DNA from: Phoronis australis
Taxonomy: Eukaryota; Animalia; Phoronida
Assembly (NCBI GenBank): GCA_002633005.1
Contig: NMRA01000016.1
Coordinates: forward strand, 1,463,860-1,527,859
Length of the DNA stretch: 64,000 nucleotides
Direction: 5' to 3'
Below are positions 40,939 through 54,977 of this stretch, one piece after another. Every line of letters starts with the position of its first letter. Position 1 is the stretch's first letter. The translations under genes were made by a program, and so were the position numbers. A model generated the notes under the pieces. It was not told where the DNA came from and searched no databases. It saw nothing but the letters and a program-made list of their open reading frames with translations.

Positions 40939-43814
40939 GTGAGTGTTTCAAGTACCACCTATCAGTCTGCAGCATGATCGATAGTAAGAAAAAAATTAGC
41001 TACTTTAGTTTGTGGATCTATGTTGCTTGAACTTGATGTCGTATTTCGTCAGCCTCATTTTCAACATGGTTGTCTAAAATATACCGTTCAGAGTTCATGA
41101 ATTTGGGCTAGATAGATTTCCTAATTTTACACAAACATTCTTTGCGCAGTTTAAACATATTTAGATTTTGTAACACAAGCTTATGGTAGATATCATAATT
41201 TTCCTCGATTATTCTATAGAGTCTAAAATAAATGTTCATTTTTAACATGGGCAATGTAGATTTCCTAATTTTCCACAGATAATGTAATGTTATCATGATG
41301 GAGTAAATTTGATTGGTTTTGGAACTCCAGCTTTGATGCCTAAGACTCGTGATTGGAATCATTGGAGTTTGTTTGCTTCTAGAGCCTCACATGTATACCA
41401 CATACTGTTAAAAGAGGCTTCATTTGATGCTCACTCCATATCGGCCACTATACAATCGCACGAAAGTGACGCCATTTTTGCAATCTCGCTGCTGTTGTAC
41501 GTAATTCGATCCCTAGCTGCCCTGTGATTGGCTGGTAGGGTATATGACCTTTACGTCGTTGTCACCAAATAGCATGTGGCAGTTGACATGCCACACTTAT
41601 GCATGATGTATGAATGAGGTGTGATATGTAGCGAGAAAATATTCTCCCATAGTATGCAGTTGGCAGTTTCAATCTATGTATGGCTTCAGACATTTAATCA
41701 TTCAGGTAGCGATTAGTGATTTACTGTCTGGCACATCCACTTATATCTAATCTTTGTTCATGATCTGATCTGAGACATTATCTATTGGACAAGTTTTGTT
41801 GTCGCATGATGTCAACTTTATTGTTCAGTCTATAGTACCTAAATGACACGAGGTGCTACAATATAATAAATCTATAATGTTTTCTAGCATTTATGTTTTG
41901 TTTTTGATAATCTTTACCAGAACGTATTTTTCTGTACTGTTGATCTGTCACGCATCAAAACATTTATTGAACTGGTTTTCCGATGTGCAGAAGTTTTTCA
42001 ATTTTTAATTTGCTATCCGTTCTCCCATGAAATGTAAGATTTATTTTTTCATCACTGATCAAACTCCCATCTCAATGCAAGTAGATAGTTTTCATGCGAA
42101 CTACAGTTGACATGACAGTGAGACCAAACATGATGTGCCATTGCGCACACCCCTCGATACAGTCTTCTTGGTAAACCGAAGTTGTGCGTCCTGCTTTATC
42201 GGCTGGTAGTTGGGTAAGGGCGCAGGTTCATTGTCTGAACTTGCTATTCACTTAAAGGCTTCTGTGCTTTACATACATCCCTGTTCATACCAATATCCTC
42301 AGTGGCCACAGATTTCAAAATACACTCGTTAGAATTAAGATGAAAGAATGCACGCTCTCCTATGGCAATGAAGACAGGAATAGAGTTTGATACAGCCTTT
42401 AGAAACTGCAAACCTTGCAGACCAGTTTACATCTGAGATGTTACTAAGGCAACCTTTTCCATTTCGTTTGTCATAATTGTGGTCATGTTACTCCTCTTAA
42501 GATAAGATTCCTTATCTCACAATGAGAAAGTCCGGCTGCCAAAATGTAGATGTCAACATTCCTTGAAAAAAACAAAGTCTTTATGTTTGCAGCCGAGCTC
42601 TGTCTGGATGGCTTTAAAAGAAAATCAGACACATTTTTATAGCTAAAAAAAATGAAAAACTCGTACTTGTAATAGGGCAATCTTAAAAATGATTTTTTTG
42701 TAGAAAAACCAATCATGTGGTTACGAACATGTGGGCGTGATTGCTTTCATACACAAATTTCTCAGGGATCTTCATAGATTTTGAAAATACATAGGTCTAC
42801 TTATTAAACTGTTATTTAAGAAATTCCATCCTTGGAAATGAAGGTAACCCATTAGCCTAAAAAACAAATTATGAATCGGGTTGCAGGTATGAAAGTTATA
42901 TGCCATGTCACTGGTTATTTACGAGCTGACAACCTCCCCACTGGGATGTACCATTTGTCGTTTGGATGAAGTTGAGTTGTTGGTCAGATGAAAATTTCAA
43001 GGTACCTAAATTCTTGGTAGTGATAAGAGAAACTCTTTACAAATCAGGACAGACTCAAGCCGACAAAGGGGATGTTCAGTTGCATCATTGAAAGCTGCGC
43101 GGAAGGTAACCGTGACAACCAAAAAAGAATGGTGGGAACTGAGATGCAAAATAAGAACAAAAAAGTTCATATGTTCGCATTATAATCTATCTACACATTG
43201 TGAAATATATTTGACATATAAAAAAGTAAAGAATTGTGCTTTTGTCAAAACAATGGCAGATATGTTTGCATAAATGCCATATTCATAGCTAGAGGCTATC
43301 TTTTTCTTCCTTGCCATTCGAGTAGCATCACCAGAATTGATTAGTCTCGTGTTTTTGCCCACTTCTAACAGGAATATTTCTTTGTAATGTGAGCATTAAT
43401 ATTAGTCAGAGTCTACTCACTAATCCATCTATGTGTGCGATATGGTTAGCGGCATTAGAATACGAAGCCTGTGATTAGAATGTGGGAATCTTCGATAACA
43501 TATGTTTAGTGACGTTGGATGGTTCCAATCCGTCAAATGTCCGTGTCTTTGTGTTTATAAAGGGACGCCTTTATGGCACTCTGCGTCTTCTGTACTCCTT
43601 TGCTGAATTGTATTCATTGGAACAACTCTATATTGGCATTCTCGGTCTGTTGTCTTCTAAGTACGATTAATAGCATTTGTAATTAGTGAATTTAGTGATG
43701 TCTGATGTTACTGACCTGTGGTTTACTGCCTGAGGTGTGTTTTTATCTTTAAAGTATGAGTGATCTTAGCTCATCATCTCACACTTTTGCACATACTGTT
43801 AATTCTATGTTATG

Positions 43815-44188
43815 GAGTCAGTTATATATACGGTAAGCTGTGAATATTCGTAGAACACATGTATTACGTTAGCTGTCAAGGAATCAGTTGTAAGTACGGT
43901 AAGCTGTGAATATTCGTAGAACACATGTATTACGTTAGCTGTCAAGGAGTCAGTTATAAATACGGTAAGCTGTGAATATTCGTAGAACACATGTATTACG
44001 TTATCTGTCAAGGAGTCAGTTATAAATACGGTAAGCTGTGAATATTCGTAGAACACATGTATTACATTAGCTGTCAAGGAGTCAGTTATAAATACGGTAA
44101 GCTGTGAATATTCGTAGAACACATGTATTACATTAACTGTCAAGGAATCAGTTGTAAGTATGGTAATCTGTGAATATTCGTAGAACAC
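43815..44188. repeat. 66-bp minisatellite, about 5.6 copies
   Basis: gaacacatg recurs every 66 bp (43853, 43919, 43985, 44051, 44117). Confidence 0.95.
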
Positions 44189-44857
44189 AGCTGTAAGGTC
44201 ACGGTCTCATCTGTAACGATCATAAGAATTTGTAACATGTTTGCCAGCGGAGAAACAGTTTTCTCGGCTTTGAACTTCAGTTCCCCTGTCCGCCTGATGA
44301 TAGATTTTAGATTTTAATGTGTGTCCGAATCCGTTTTTGTTTTGAGTTTTCAGTATACGCATACAACGGCATCACACCTCGGGTAACAGTTGTAGTGACC
44401 TCAACTATTACTCTCCTGTAGTTTGCCTCTAAAGCAGTTTTCGTAATATGCCCAACCAACAAAAATCCTGTGTAATTGCTAGTTTTCTTGCCGGCCAGAC
44501 GTTGGTTGATATTGTGCTTAGTATTTAGTAATCAGCCTCAGTCTGAACCAGTGGTATGCTTCACAAAAAGTGACTTAAAACTTAAGTAAAAAATTTTGGC
44601 TCATGTTCCGCACAACTGCTGCCGAAAAAAAATTTAAAATCCCGCTTAAGCAAAAATGGAAATTCTCTCATTTGAGAGTATTTAAACTGCTGGTATCCGT
44701 TAATGTTGCATGAATTGTTCTTATGCTCTGACGTGTTAATAATTAATCAGCTAAACCTTTGTTCAGTAATTGTGAATTGGCAGTGCAAGACCACTCTGAC
44801 GTCCGTCTTAAGTCGCTTTTCACGAAGTAGTCTTCAGACCAGTGTGCGTTGTTTCAG

Positions 44858-44939
44858 ATCTCCTCAGCCTATTACCACCTGAAGTTCAGCAACAACAACA
44901 TGGCTGAGACAAGAACAGAGGACATCCTGCAACTATGTG
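44858..44939 (+). CDS. PDE2A: PDE2A-like exon (ISSAYYHLKFSNNNMAETRTEDILQLC-G)
   Basis: gttgtttcAG acceptor and GTatgc donor; phase 0 to 1. ILQLCG matches human RKILQLCG at the start of GAF-A. Confidence 0.88.
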
Positions 44940-45975
44940 GTATGCTGGTCATTTCAAGTTCACTTAGTAAATGTTTTAAGTATTTGATAATCAGTAACTG
45001 TTTTTTATGATAATTCTCCACTTCGCAAAAAATAATTGTCAAAATTGTCATTTTCCATTTTCATCGACTAATTACTTTACTGGAAACAATGGAAAATTTA
45101 CCAAAAATTGTTTTGTGACGTCTACACAGCAGAAACCATACTCGTATGAGACAGCACTGTTCACTTTGATGCCAAATCTGCGTCATCCTAAATAAGTTAT
45201 AAGATAATTATCAGAAGTTGATTTGATTAGAATTACTGTTCTGTGTAGCAAGTATTATGTCTTCGATAGTCTCAGACCAACCTAATATTTTATTTATCTA
45301 GTATGTACACGAAGATTAATTTTGTACTTTTATTAACTTCTATTTATTATTCATTTATGGTAATTATTTTTTATTTAATCATATTGTCGTATACTTTTAA
45401 TACCTTCTATTTCTTGTTTGGTCATCATTTATTTTAATTGTTTCTCCAGTCTTTCCATGGCAGTCATCATTGATCATATAAGTCCTGTATTTCGTTTTTA
45501 CAAGTCTGTTTATGTGTCTTACTTTCTTTGTACGTTTTTGTTGAGGGCCCCCGTGGAAAACTGATGGGGTTACCCTCATTGTAAATATCACAATAAATTC
45601 TTAAATAATTAAATACTAGTTTTCTTAATCTTCTGAATTTTGTGTAGAAATTTGACAAAATATTTTACTTTTACTTGTCATCAATATTGTGCGCTAAATA
45701 AGTAAAAAATAACTGTACACAAAATTGGTTGATATTTAAAAAATTAAGTGGATTTGTTTTGGCTGTTTGTCACTCATTTTATCAAGTGATTTCTTTAATG
45801 TTAAAATATTCCTAGGAGTATGAAAACAAGCCTGGCATTTTGGCTCCTAGTCCTATTTAACATTGTCTGAGAACATTTTGACAATTTCGAAATATTTCTT
45901 TGTATCTTGAAGAATTGACGTGATCATACACACAAGTTCTTATTCAATTCCAGCTTCCTTTTGTTTCATTCCCAG

Positions 45976-46028
45976 GGGATTTGCATGACGAAGACGCCGA
46001 ATCGTTACAGTTGAAAGTTATCAGATAC
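45976..46028 (+). CDS. PDE2A: PDE2A-like exon, GAF-A (DLHDEDAESLQLKVIRY)
   Basis: ttcattcccAG acceptor and GTaagt donor; phase 1 to 0. Human equivalent ELYDLDASSLQLKVLQY. Confidence 0.92.
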
Positions 46029-46875
46029 GTAAGTGGCATCGCCATGGCTGCATCCTGTAAACCTTAAAGTTAGGCCAGAGTTGAAGGCCACGCAAAATGG
46101 TGTGAGTGAAGGCGAGGGTTTGCCGAGTATAAGCTCGAGGAGCATTACTAGCGCAGACTAGCAAAATGGACGCCCCTGAAGTGATTGATGGCGATTAGTA
46201 GGAATATTGAAATATGGTTGTAAATTTGCTATATCTGTGCCATACGGTAACTGTACTCTTGTTTCTCCTGAAAGTAATTGCCAAAATGATTCGTTATGTG
46301 AAATTTTAGTTGATTGGGAAATTTTTAAAACAAAAATGGAAAATAAAAAATTCTAGTGTATAATTAGCTTGGTTTGAGCTGTGGAGATGGCACACAATGT
46401 TGGTTAGTTTATGTGAATTCCAGCAGGGTAGTCATTAACTAAAAATTGAAAAATGTCAATTTTGAGAATTTAGTTATGTGCAAAATAAGTGAAAATTACC
46501 GAGACTCCTTGGAAACTGATATAAATTGAAGACACACAGTAAGTGGAAACCATAGTTCTCGTTCTAAACTACAATGATTATCGTTAATTTAATTTGAACA
46601 CTAAATTAAGACTGCATTAGACTTCAGAAATTTCATAAAGAAACCATCAGTCGAGAAGTTAGTGGTTCAGTCTAGATTATTACCGAACACGAATTGCTTC
46701 TCATCTTGTTTCTAATTTATCTGGGCCTCATGGGAGACTGTTGTGCTTTCGTTTGCTTGAGCCACACTGTGATAACAAAAAAAGCTATTAGTGTAAATGC
46801 ATATTTGTGTCACCAGTTTGCATATTATCACTTCCCTGATGACGTGTCAAGTGTAATAATCCAAATGTGTGATAT

Positions 46876-46949
46876 GATATCAGTTTATTTGATATCAGTT
46901 TATATGATATCAGTTTATATGATATCAGTTTATATGATATCAGTTTATA
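46876..46949. repeat. 15-bp tandem repeat GATATCAGTTTATAT x5 (also at 49446-49519)
   Basis: Directly visible; abuts the gap. Confidence 0.92.
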
Positions 46950-47447
46950 NNNNNNNNNNNNNNNNNNNNNNNNNNNNNNNNNNNNNNNNNNNNNNNNNNN
47001 NNNNNNNNNNNNNNNNNNNNNNNNNNNNNNNNNNNNNNNNNNNNNNNNNNNNNNNNNNNNNNNNNNNNNNNNNNNNNNNNNNNNNNNNNNNNNNNNNNNN
47101 NNNNNNNNNNNNNNNNNNNNNNNNNNNNNNNNNNNNNNNNNNNNNNNNNNNNNNNNNNNNNNNNNNNNNNNNNNNNNNNNNNNNNNNNNNNNNNNNNNNN
47201 NNNNNNNNNNNNNNNNNNNNNNNNNNNNNNNNNNNNNNNNNNNNNNNNNNNNNNNNNNNNNNNNNNNNNNNNNNNNNNNNNNNNNNNNNNNNNNNNNNNN
47301 NNNNNNNNNNNNNNNNNNNNNNNNNNNNNNNNNNNNNNNNNNNNNNNNNNNNNNNNNNNNNNNNNNNNNNNNNNNNNNNNNNNNNNNNNNNNNNNNNNNN
47401 NNNNNNNNNNNNNNNNNNNNNNNNNNNNNNNNNNNNNNNNNNNNNNN
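46950..47447. other. Assembly gap (498 N)
   Basis: Run of N characters. Confidence 1.
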
Positions 47448-49519
47448 GCCTATTACCACCTGAAGTTCAGCAACAACAACATGGCTGAGACAAGAACAGA
47501 GGACATCCTGCAACTATGTGGTATGCTGGTCATTTCAAGTTCACTTAGTAAATGTTTTAAGTATTTGATAATCATTAACTGTTTTTTATGATAATTCTCC
47601 ACTTCGCAAAAAATGATTGTCGAAATTGTCATTTTCCATTTTCATCGACTAATTTACACTGGAAACAATGGAAAATTTACCAAAAGTTGTTTTGTGACAG
47701 CTACGCAACAGAAACCATACTCGTATGAGACAGCACTGTTCACTCTGATGCCAAATCTGCGTCATCCTTAATAAGTTATAAGAGAATTATCAGAAGTTGA
47801 TTTAATTAGAATTACTGTTCTGTGTAGCAAGTATTATGTCTTCAATAGCCTCAGACCAACCTAATATTTTATTTATCTATGTACACGAAGATTTGTACTT
47901 TTATTAACTTCTATTTATTATTCATTTATGGTAATTGTTTTTTATTTAATCATATTGTCGTATACTTTTAATACCTTCTATTTCTTGTTTGGTCATCATT
48001 TATTTTTGTTTCTCCAGTCTTTCCATGGCAGTCATTATTGATCATATAAGTCCTGTATTTCGTTTTTACAAGTCTGTTTGTGTGTCTTACTTTCTTTGTG
48101 CGTTTTTGTTGAGGCCCCCCCCCGGAAAACTGATGGGGTTACCCTCATTGTAAATATCATAATAAATAGTTAAATAAATAAATACTAGTTTTCTTAATCT
48201 TCATTTTGTGTAGAAATTTGACAAAATATTATACTTTTACTTGTCATCAATATTGTGCGCTAAATAAGTAAAAAATAACTGTACACAAAATTAGTTGATA
48301 TTTTAAAAAATTAAGTGGTTTTGTTTTGGCTGTTTGTCACTCATTTAATCAAATGATTTCTTTAATGTTAAAATATTCCTAGGAGTATGAAAACAAGCCT
48401 GGCATTTTGGCTCGTAGTCCTATTTAACATTGTCTGAGAATATTTTGACAATTTCAAAATATTTCTTTGTATTTTGAAGAATTAACGTGATCATACACAC
48501 AAGTTCTTATTCAATTCCAGCTTCCTTTTGTTTCATTCCCAGGGGATTTGCATGACGAAGACGCCGAATCGCTACAGTTGAAAGTTATCAGATACGTAAG
48601 TGACATCGCCATGGCTGCATCCTGTAAACCTTAAAGTTAGGCCAGAGTTAAAGGCCACGCAAAATGGTGTGAGTGAAGGCGAGGGTTTGCCGAGTATAAG
48701 TTCGAGGAGCATTACTAGCGCAGATTAGCAAAATGGACACCACTGAAGTGATTGATGGCGATTAGTAGGAATATTGAAATATGGTTGTAAATTTGCTATA
48801 TCTGTACCATATGGTAACTGTACTCTTGTTTCTCCTGAAAGTAATTGCCAAAATGATCCATTATGTGACATTTTAGTTGATTGGGAAATTTTTAAAACAA
48901 AAATGGAAAATAAAAAATTCTAGTGTATAATTAGCTTGGTTTGAGCTGTGGAGATGGCACACAATGTTGGTTAGTTTATGTGAATTCCAGCAGGGTAGTC
49001 ATTAACTAAAAATTGAAAAATGTCAATTTTGAGAATTTAGTTATGTGCAAAATAAGTGAAAATTACCGAGACTCCTTGGAAACTGATATAAATTGAAGAC
49101 ACACAGTAAGTGGAAACCATGATAGTTCTCGTTCTAAACTACAATGATTATCGTTAATTTAATTTGAACACTAAATTAAGACTGCATTAGACTTCAGAAA
49201 TTTCACAAAGAAACCATCAGTCGAGAAGTTAGTGGTTCAGTCTAGATTATTACCGAACACGAATTGCTTCTCATCTTGTTTCTAATTTATCTGGGCCTCA
49301 TGGGAGACTGTTGTGCTTTCGTTTGCTTGAGCCACACTGTGATAACAAAAAAAGCTATTAGTGTAAATGCATATTTGTGTCACCAGTTTGCATATTATCA
49401 CTTCCCTGATGACGTGTCAAGTGTAATAATCCAAATGTGTGATATGATATCAGTTTATTTGATATCAGTTTATATGATATCAGTTTATATGATATCAGTT
49501 TATATGATATCAGTTTATA
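47448..49519 (+). repeat. Second near-identical copy of 44867-46949, including duplicate exon copies 47448-47520 (partial) and 48543-48595; probably the alternative haplotype
   Basis: Colinear with scattered SNPs and small indels, and begins immediately after the N gap. The exon difference TTA/CTA is synonymous. Confidence 0.9.
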
Positions 49520-50408
49520 CTTAAAGGGACGTCAATAAGAAAAAAATGTGTTATTGGGGTAACTGCTGGATGGGATATACTTCTTGAACTTGTTAGCTTT
49601 CAATTGACCAGGGTTATAAAACAGCAAAATCCATAAAGTGTTTTTGTTATTATTCCCTTGCCAAATGATGTATGAATGTCGCAAAGTACTGTTTAATTTG
49701 CCACATGGACCGATGGTTATCGCCTATGGGACGCTACCATTGTTTTCCTTTGTTGTGTCTTTGTTGGATACAACAATACAGGCCGCACGGATATCGTACC
49801 TTGGGCACACATCTGCTGGTTAACGATAAATGCTTGTTATTATCTTTTATTTTAAGAAAGAAACACACTGTGAACAATGGATACACCTTATCTATCAATA
49901 TCTATGCGATGAGCTTGCAATCTAGTTTCCCCGTGGGTTGTCATTGTTTGCTCAGCATTCATTGAAATCATGGCCGGTGACTTTACCATAACTAATAATG
50001 TTGAAAATGCTCAGTCTGCTATATGTAGTGGGATTTAGCTCCCCTGGCAAAGCATTAGACTTCGACCACAGGGGTTACATATTCAATTATGTGCTGAGCC
50101 TAATCTAAGAAAATCGCCTTTCATACGGATAATGCTCTTTTAAGACACCTGATTTGTTTCATTCAACTTGTGCTTTAACTCTGTTTCAACTGTGATGCCT
50201 TATTTAAGTCACTGTTTTGTCTGCGTTCTTGTGTATTCAGTAATCAGCAGCTTCCGACAATCAAAAGGAAACCAAGTGTTAGGCAGTTGTTTTTAATTAT
50301 CTTTTAACAACTTGCGTTTGCTTAAAATGTTGATTTTTGTCTTGTACTTTTCTAACTTGTCATCTCAATTCATTGATTGACATGCTGTCTTGTTTTTCCC
50401 AATCTCAG

Positions 50409-50483
50409 CTGGAGAAGCACACAGCCTCACAGATAGCATTTCTCCTGCTTGTGTCGCCTAGTGCTGGTGAATTGTTTTGCCAG
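50409..50483 (+). CDS. PDE2A: PDE2A-like exon, GAF-A (LEKHTASQIAFLLLVSPSAGELFCQ)
   Basis: tctcAG acceptor and GTgagt donor; phase 0 to 0. Human equivalent [25 protein letters not shown]. Confidence 0.92.
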
Positions 50484-51865
50484 GTGAGTCAACAGGGAAC
50501 AGGTGTTGAAGGTAGAGTGGTCGTTACCGTAGTTTCATTTGCACCATCATGAGGGTGTTGTACAGGTTGGCACTGAGAATTTTTGAAAGGTCACTCATGA
50601 CATCACAAGCTCACTGAATGTAGTCTCCATGTCTGTGTTGAATAAATTTGTTATTCTTACTGTAGGGACCATTACAATCATGTATTCTAAATGTTTTTTA
50701 CTATTTCTTATTTTTGGCTCGTTTCTACTTTTTATTTAAAAATTCCTACAATTTCCTACTTTTCTGTCTCACTTAATCTCTGAAAGATCATATGGTGTTA
50801 TCTTTCTGGAACAATGAGTAGTCACTTAAGATCATGATAGAGAGGACTGGATACAGACAGCTATCGTCACAGCCATAGGTAACATTCGTCCTTCACGTGG
50901 TGAAGACTCATCAAAGGCAAATTAAACCAAAACTACCTACTAGTAGTATCTTTTCTCTTTGGAAGTTTTCCCATAAGCTGAGGTTAACGAGGACACGTTT
51001 CTAACTCAAGAGGGTATTTTGCTCCGCCGGGTATCTCGGGTGGACATTTTGACTCCGGTATCCGTGATATTGTTGTGGGTTGGTAAATAACAGCTCGTTA
51101 TTCGCGAGACAGCTCCAGGGATCTTAGAAGATGTGTACACAGCAAATCCATACTTACCCACAGTACCGTAACCTAAACTGCGTTGCTTGTAAATTGTAAT
51201 GTTTGTTATACAGAAAGCCACGTTTCAAGCCCTAGTGAGGTACAGACACTGAAGATGAATGACCTTTCGCTTGACTTCTTTAATAACCAGATGTAATTGA
51301 AGCAAATGTGATATAGCACCAGTAAGATTACTACTACAGTGATTGATTATCATTTGAATAGCTGGTGAACATTAACACAATTTTCTAAATCTCCAGTCTT
51401 GTTGATTGGCCCAAGTTGTGTTGAAGGAATGCATTTGCCTAGGAGTAACGCCTGGAGTGGATGCTGTTCTCATTCTTTAAAAATTCTGCTATGAAGGAAT
51501 GTCTAGAAACCCTGTGATTTGTTGACAAATTGGCTGGGACTTTTTTATTGAATCGTAATGTCACTTTTTATCACGCATGTCGTGATGTGCCCATGCAATT
51601 ACCATATGTCACGTGTCCTTGTTATTACATAGAACGTTATTGTACGGTCATGTGACATGGTTATTGCATGGGAGTTGGCAAAAAAATGTGGATTAAAACT
51701 TTGATTTGAGGTATAATATATGTTAAACTACACAGTCACGTTTTCTTTCATCCTTGTGAAAATATTCACTTGGCGTAGCATCCTCTGCTCATAATGTTCA
51801 CCCAATATGTGTAGCTAAACCTATTATTTACTTGCAAGAAGAATGTGTTGTTTGTTTGTTTTCAG

Positions 51866-51907
51866 GTCATAGGTGACAAAATTTTACCTGAGGAGCTGCG
51901 CTTTCCG
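51866..51907 (+). CDS. PDE2A: PDE2A-like exon, GAF-A (VIGDKILPEELRFP)
   Basis: tttgttttcAG acceptor and GTaagt donor. Human equivalent VIGDKVLGEEVSFP. Confidence 0.93.
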
Positions 51908-52394
51908 GTAAGTTGAGCTACCTGAAATTAGTTTTTGATGAATGACTTAAAGCCTAACTTCAACAGAATTTTTTTACTTAAGATGTTTTAGGCTAGCCAG
52001 ATAGTCCTAGCAATTCCTTAGTAAAATAAGAAAACGCGAGTTCAATAACGCAATTGTAAGCCCGTCAAATGATAAGTGAAGCTGCCTTTTTGTCCAATGT
52101 TGCGTCACCGTGAGATCCCAGCACAAGCAACAAAAGGTTGTATTGAATAGAGGTCTGAATAGAACACCATTGCGTGCGGGTGTTTTTCGCAGCTTTTTTA
52201 ATTAAAAGATGATTCTCGTGGTGACGTAGATAAAAGCAAGCCACTACGCCTAACAGTCCGTTACATTTGGCAATTTATGTCACAGTGGTCTCAGAGCTAT
52301 ACTGTAGGAACCAAATTTACATGTGTTACCATTGAAGATAGGCTTTAATATTTGTTGGACCTCATGGACAAGTCTGTGTGTGTATTAGACAACT

Positions 52395-52830
52395 AGATTT
52401 TAACTCTCTGAAAGTAGAAAGCCTGTGGAAGTTGCTTTTTGACCGATAAAAATTCTGCCATTGGGTTATGTAACCATGTCTTTTTAGAAAAAAAATTACA
52501 AAAATGAAACCTAAGGTAATTTATACCAAACAACGCATCAATAACACGACCAAACTTTGCTTGGTAAAAATATTTAGTGTGACACCTAATAAACAGCGTC
52601 ACAGTTTTGCAAGTTATCATTTCGTTTCGATTTATTTTCTGTAACTTCTGAGATGTTTTTCATAAAAATCGTGAAAGTCCTAATTTTTATAGCCACTTCG
52701 TGGAAACGTGGAACGTTTTAAAAAGAATATTACTGGCAGTGTTTTGAAGAACAGCGCATAAAGCATGGTATTTGAAAGTTTTGTATGAATTATATTCACC
52801 TTCTGTGATCTGATGTTCTGAAGTTAATGA
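52395..52830 (+). repeat. Copy of the abundant arm repeat family
   Basis: aaacgtggaacgttttaaaaag..gtgttttgaagaacagcgcataaagcatggtatttgaaag. Confidence 0.65.
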
Positions 52831-53377
52831 AATTTGATAATTGGTGTTTGGAATTTTTCTCTGTTAAGAGCATTTCCTCTTTTGGTTTCAGTTTCCTCTT
52901 ATTTGATTTCCAGTTTCCTTTTTTATTTTTATCATTCTTTTGACTTTAATTATGCAAAAAATGTTTCTTGCATTTAAATTTTACAACACAAAACATAATT
53001 CTGTCGCATCAACCTATTTATTTGTAGAATGATACATCACCTGGAAAATTTTCTTCTTTTTTGACACAGGTCGTTGCAAGTGTTGGAAAATGTTTGTAGG
53101 GTTCTTCACAGCGTTAAACCCTGAATAATGGATTTTATTTGAGTCCAGGGAAAGTGAGGGTAATTAAGCACTTGCGTTGCTAGTCGCCGTGTTTGTTTAT
53201 ATATCTTTTCGGCTCCAATATTGACCCTTGAACCTGATACCGTGTTGTTTCCAATTGGTTGGCTATCTTTTCTTGCTGCTATTCCTTGATCCTACTGCAG
53301 AAATTTCTGTCACAGTTTTGCTTAAGACACACATTTGTTTTTAGCTAGGTTGAACGTCTCCACTGGTTCTAAACGTA

Positions 53378-53737
53378 CTCGCCATAATTAGTTCAATCTA
53401 AAAACTGATGACAAGCTGTCTAAAAGTGAAGCATTTCAACTTTTGAACACTCAGGCACTCATTCAGCTTTGTCAGTATTTTTCATGTAATTGTACACTAG
53501 TGACGTTATCCCGGCTTGTGGCAAAGTAGCCAGGGATAACGGAACCCAACTTTCTTTNCTCGCCATAATTAGTTCAATCTAAGAACTGATGACAAGCTGT
53601 CTAAAAATGAAGCATTTCAACTTTTGAACACTCAGGCACTCATTCAGCTTTGTCAGTATTTTTCGTGTAATTGTACACTAGTGACGTTATCCCGGCTTGT
53701 GGCAAAGTAGCCAGGGATAACGGAACCCAACTTCCTT
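53378..53737. repeat. 180-bp direct duplication around the single N at 53558 (probable contig overlap)
   Basis: 53378-53557 versus 53559-53737, about 4 substitutions. Confidence 0.88.
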
Positions 53738-54473
53738 TTTGTTCATTGTCATGTGTCACTCGGCAACATGCAAATTACGTAATTGGTTCGTAACAGATGT
53801 ATGAATTTCGAAGACCAAGTCAGGAGGTACAAACTGTTCTATCAGTAACCAGCTGTTTGGTTAACTGCCATTTTGTTCGAACGAACTAACTTCAGTTCAT
53901 GCTCTTGGTGTTTGTTGTTTTGTTTCAAACTTATCAACCACTAGGTGTCGCTCACATAGTTTTCTATTTCAATGACATAAGCTTAGTTGTAAAACTATCA
54001 CCGTGTCGATTTTGTTAACTTATCAGACTAAAAATTGACGTCACACTAATAAGTAGGCTCATCTTTTGTGAGAATCTGCAAAAAAGTCTAGAAACTGTTG
54101 TGATATTTCTCTGGACGGGTACTTATTATTCAATTTCACACCTCATATGTACTAACTTCAGCCCTTGTGTAATTCCAATCCAGTTTTCAGTGGAAATTGA
54201 AAATTTATGACCCGTATTTAAGACATTATAAAGCAACTGTCTGATTGTTCTAATGAGGAATTAAGCTTTTCATTCCAGCAATTGGTAACCAATCAACTGA
54301 AGTCAGGACAGTTTGTTTTTGTGGACACATTTTCAACAAAAACTGTTTTAATGAGAGACTCCTTAACCCTAAATATCAAAATGTGATAACAATCATGGTT
54401 TGTTTTCTTCACATTCGTAAGAATGTTCATTTTTTGTGCAGCTCTTTGTCATGTTCTACAATTTCTTTTTAAG

Positions 54474-54542
54474 GCTAGTAGAAACTGCTTTTCCTCCGTT
54501 CTCATAAAGAAAAGACCCGTCTCTCGCAATGACATCTCTCAG
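54474..54542 (+). CDS. PDE2A: PDE2A-like exon, GAF-A (ASRNCFSSVLIKKRPVSRNDISQ)
   Basis: ttctttttaAG acceptor and GTaatc donor; phase 0 to 0. Human equivalent [22 protein letters not shown]. Confidence 0.85.
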
Positions 54543-54977
54543 GTAATCATGAGCTCCTTCAGGTAAAAATTACCCAGCATCCTATAGATTTGTTTGACAT
54601 GATTCTCAGTGCTTCTTTTTGGAAAAGTGGTATGTGTACAATCTGCCCGCTTTCATTTTGTCTTGCAGTGACTATTGTTAAATTCCATTTAAAATTATTG
54701 TTTCTTTTGTAAAGGGATATCAAATACAATTAAATCTTGTCTGATTTTTGATAAAGGTCATATGATTTCAACAGCTAATCTGATTTTGGTGAAGAGTTGT
54801 TAAAACATAACCTGAATCTCATCTGACATCTCTAGTCACAAAAAACATTGTATGGTGACAATGAATTGCTTTCACCGTCTCCTAACACTTTCCTGAAGTA
54901 TATCGCCACATTGCAGCTTTTTTCATTCTCCCGATAAATACATCCTGTTTCTGCTCACCTTAGCGTTTACATTTTAG

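Noticed and set aside
43805-44188. 127-aa ORF with 22-aa repeats
   Set aside because: Translation of the 66-bp minisatellite.
46694-47513. 264-aa and 241-aa ORFs
   Set aside because: Artefacts of translating through the N gap.
50025-50110. tRNA-like segment (GGATTTAGCTC..GCATTAGACTTCGA..ATTCAA)
   Set aside because: No intact cloverleaf or T-loop; at most a decayed tRNA-derived SINE head.
51590-51672. Imperfect hairpin CCCATGCAAT..GTCAC / GTGAC..ATTGCATGGG
   Set aside because: Resembles the internal palindrome of a decayed non-autonomous element; no evidence of function.
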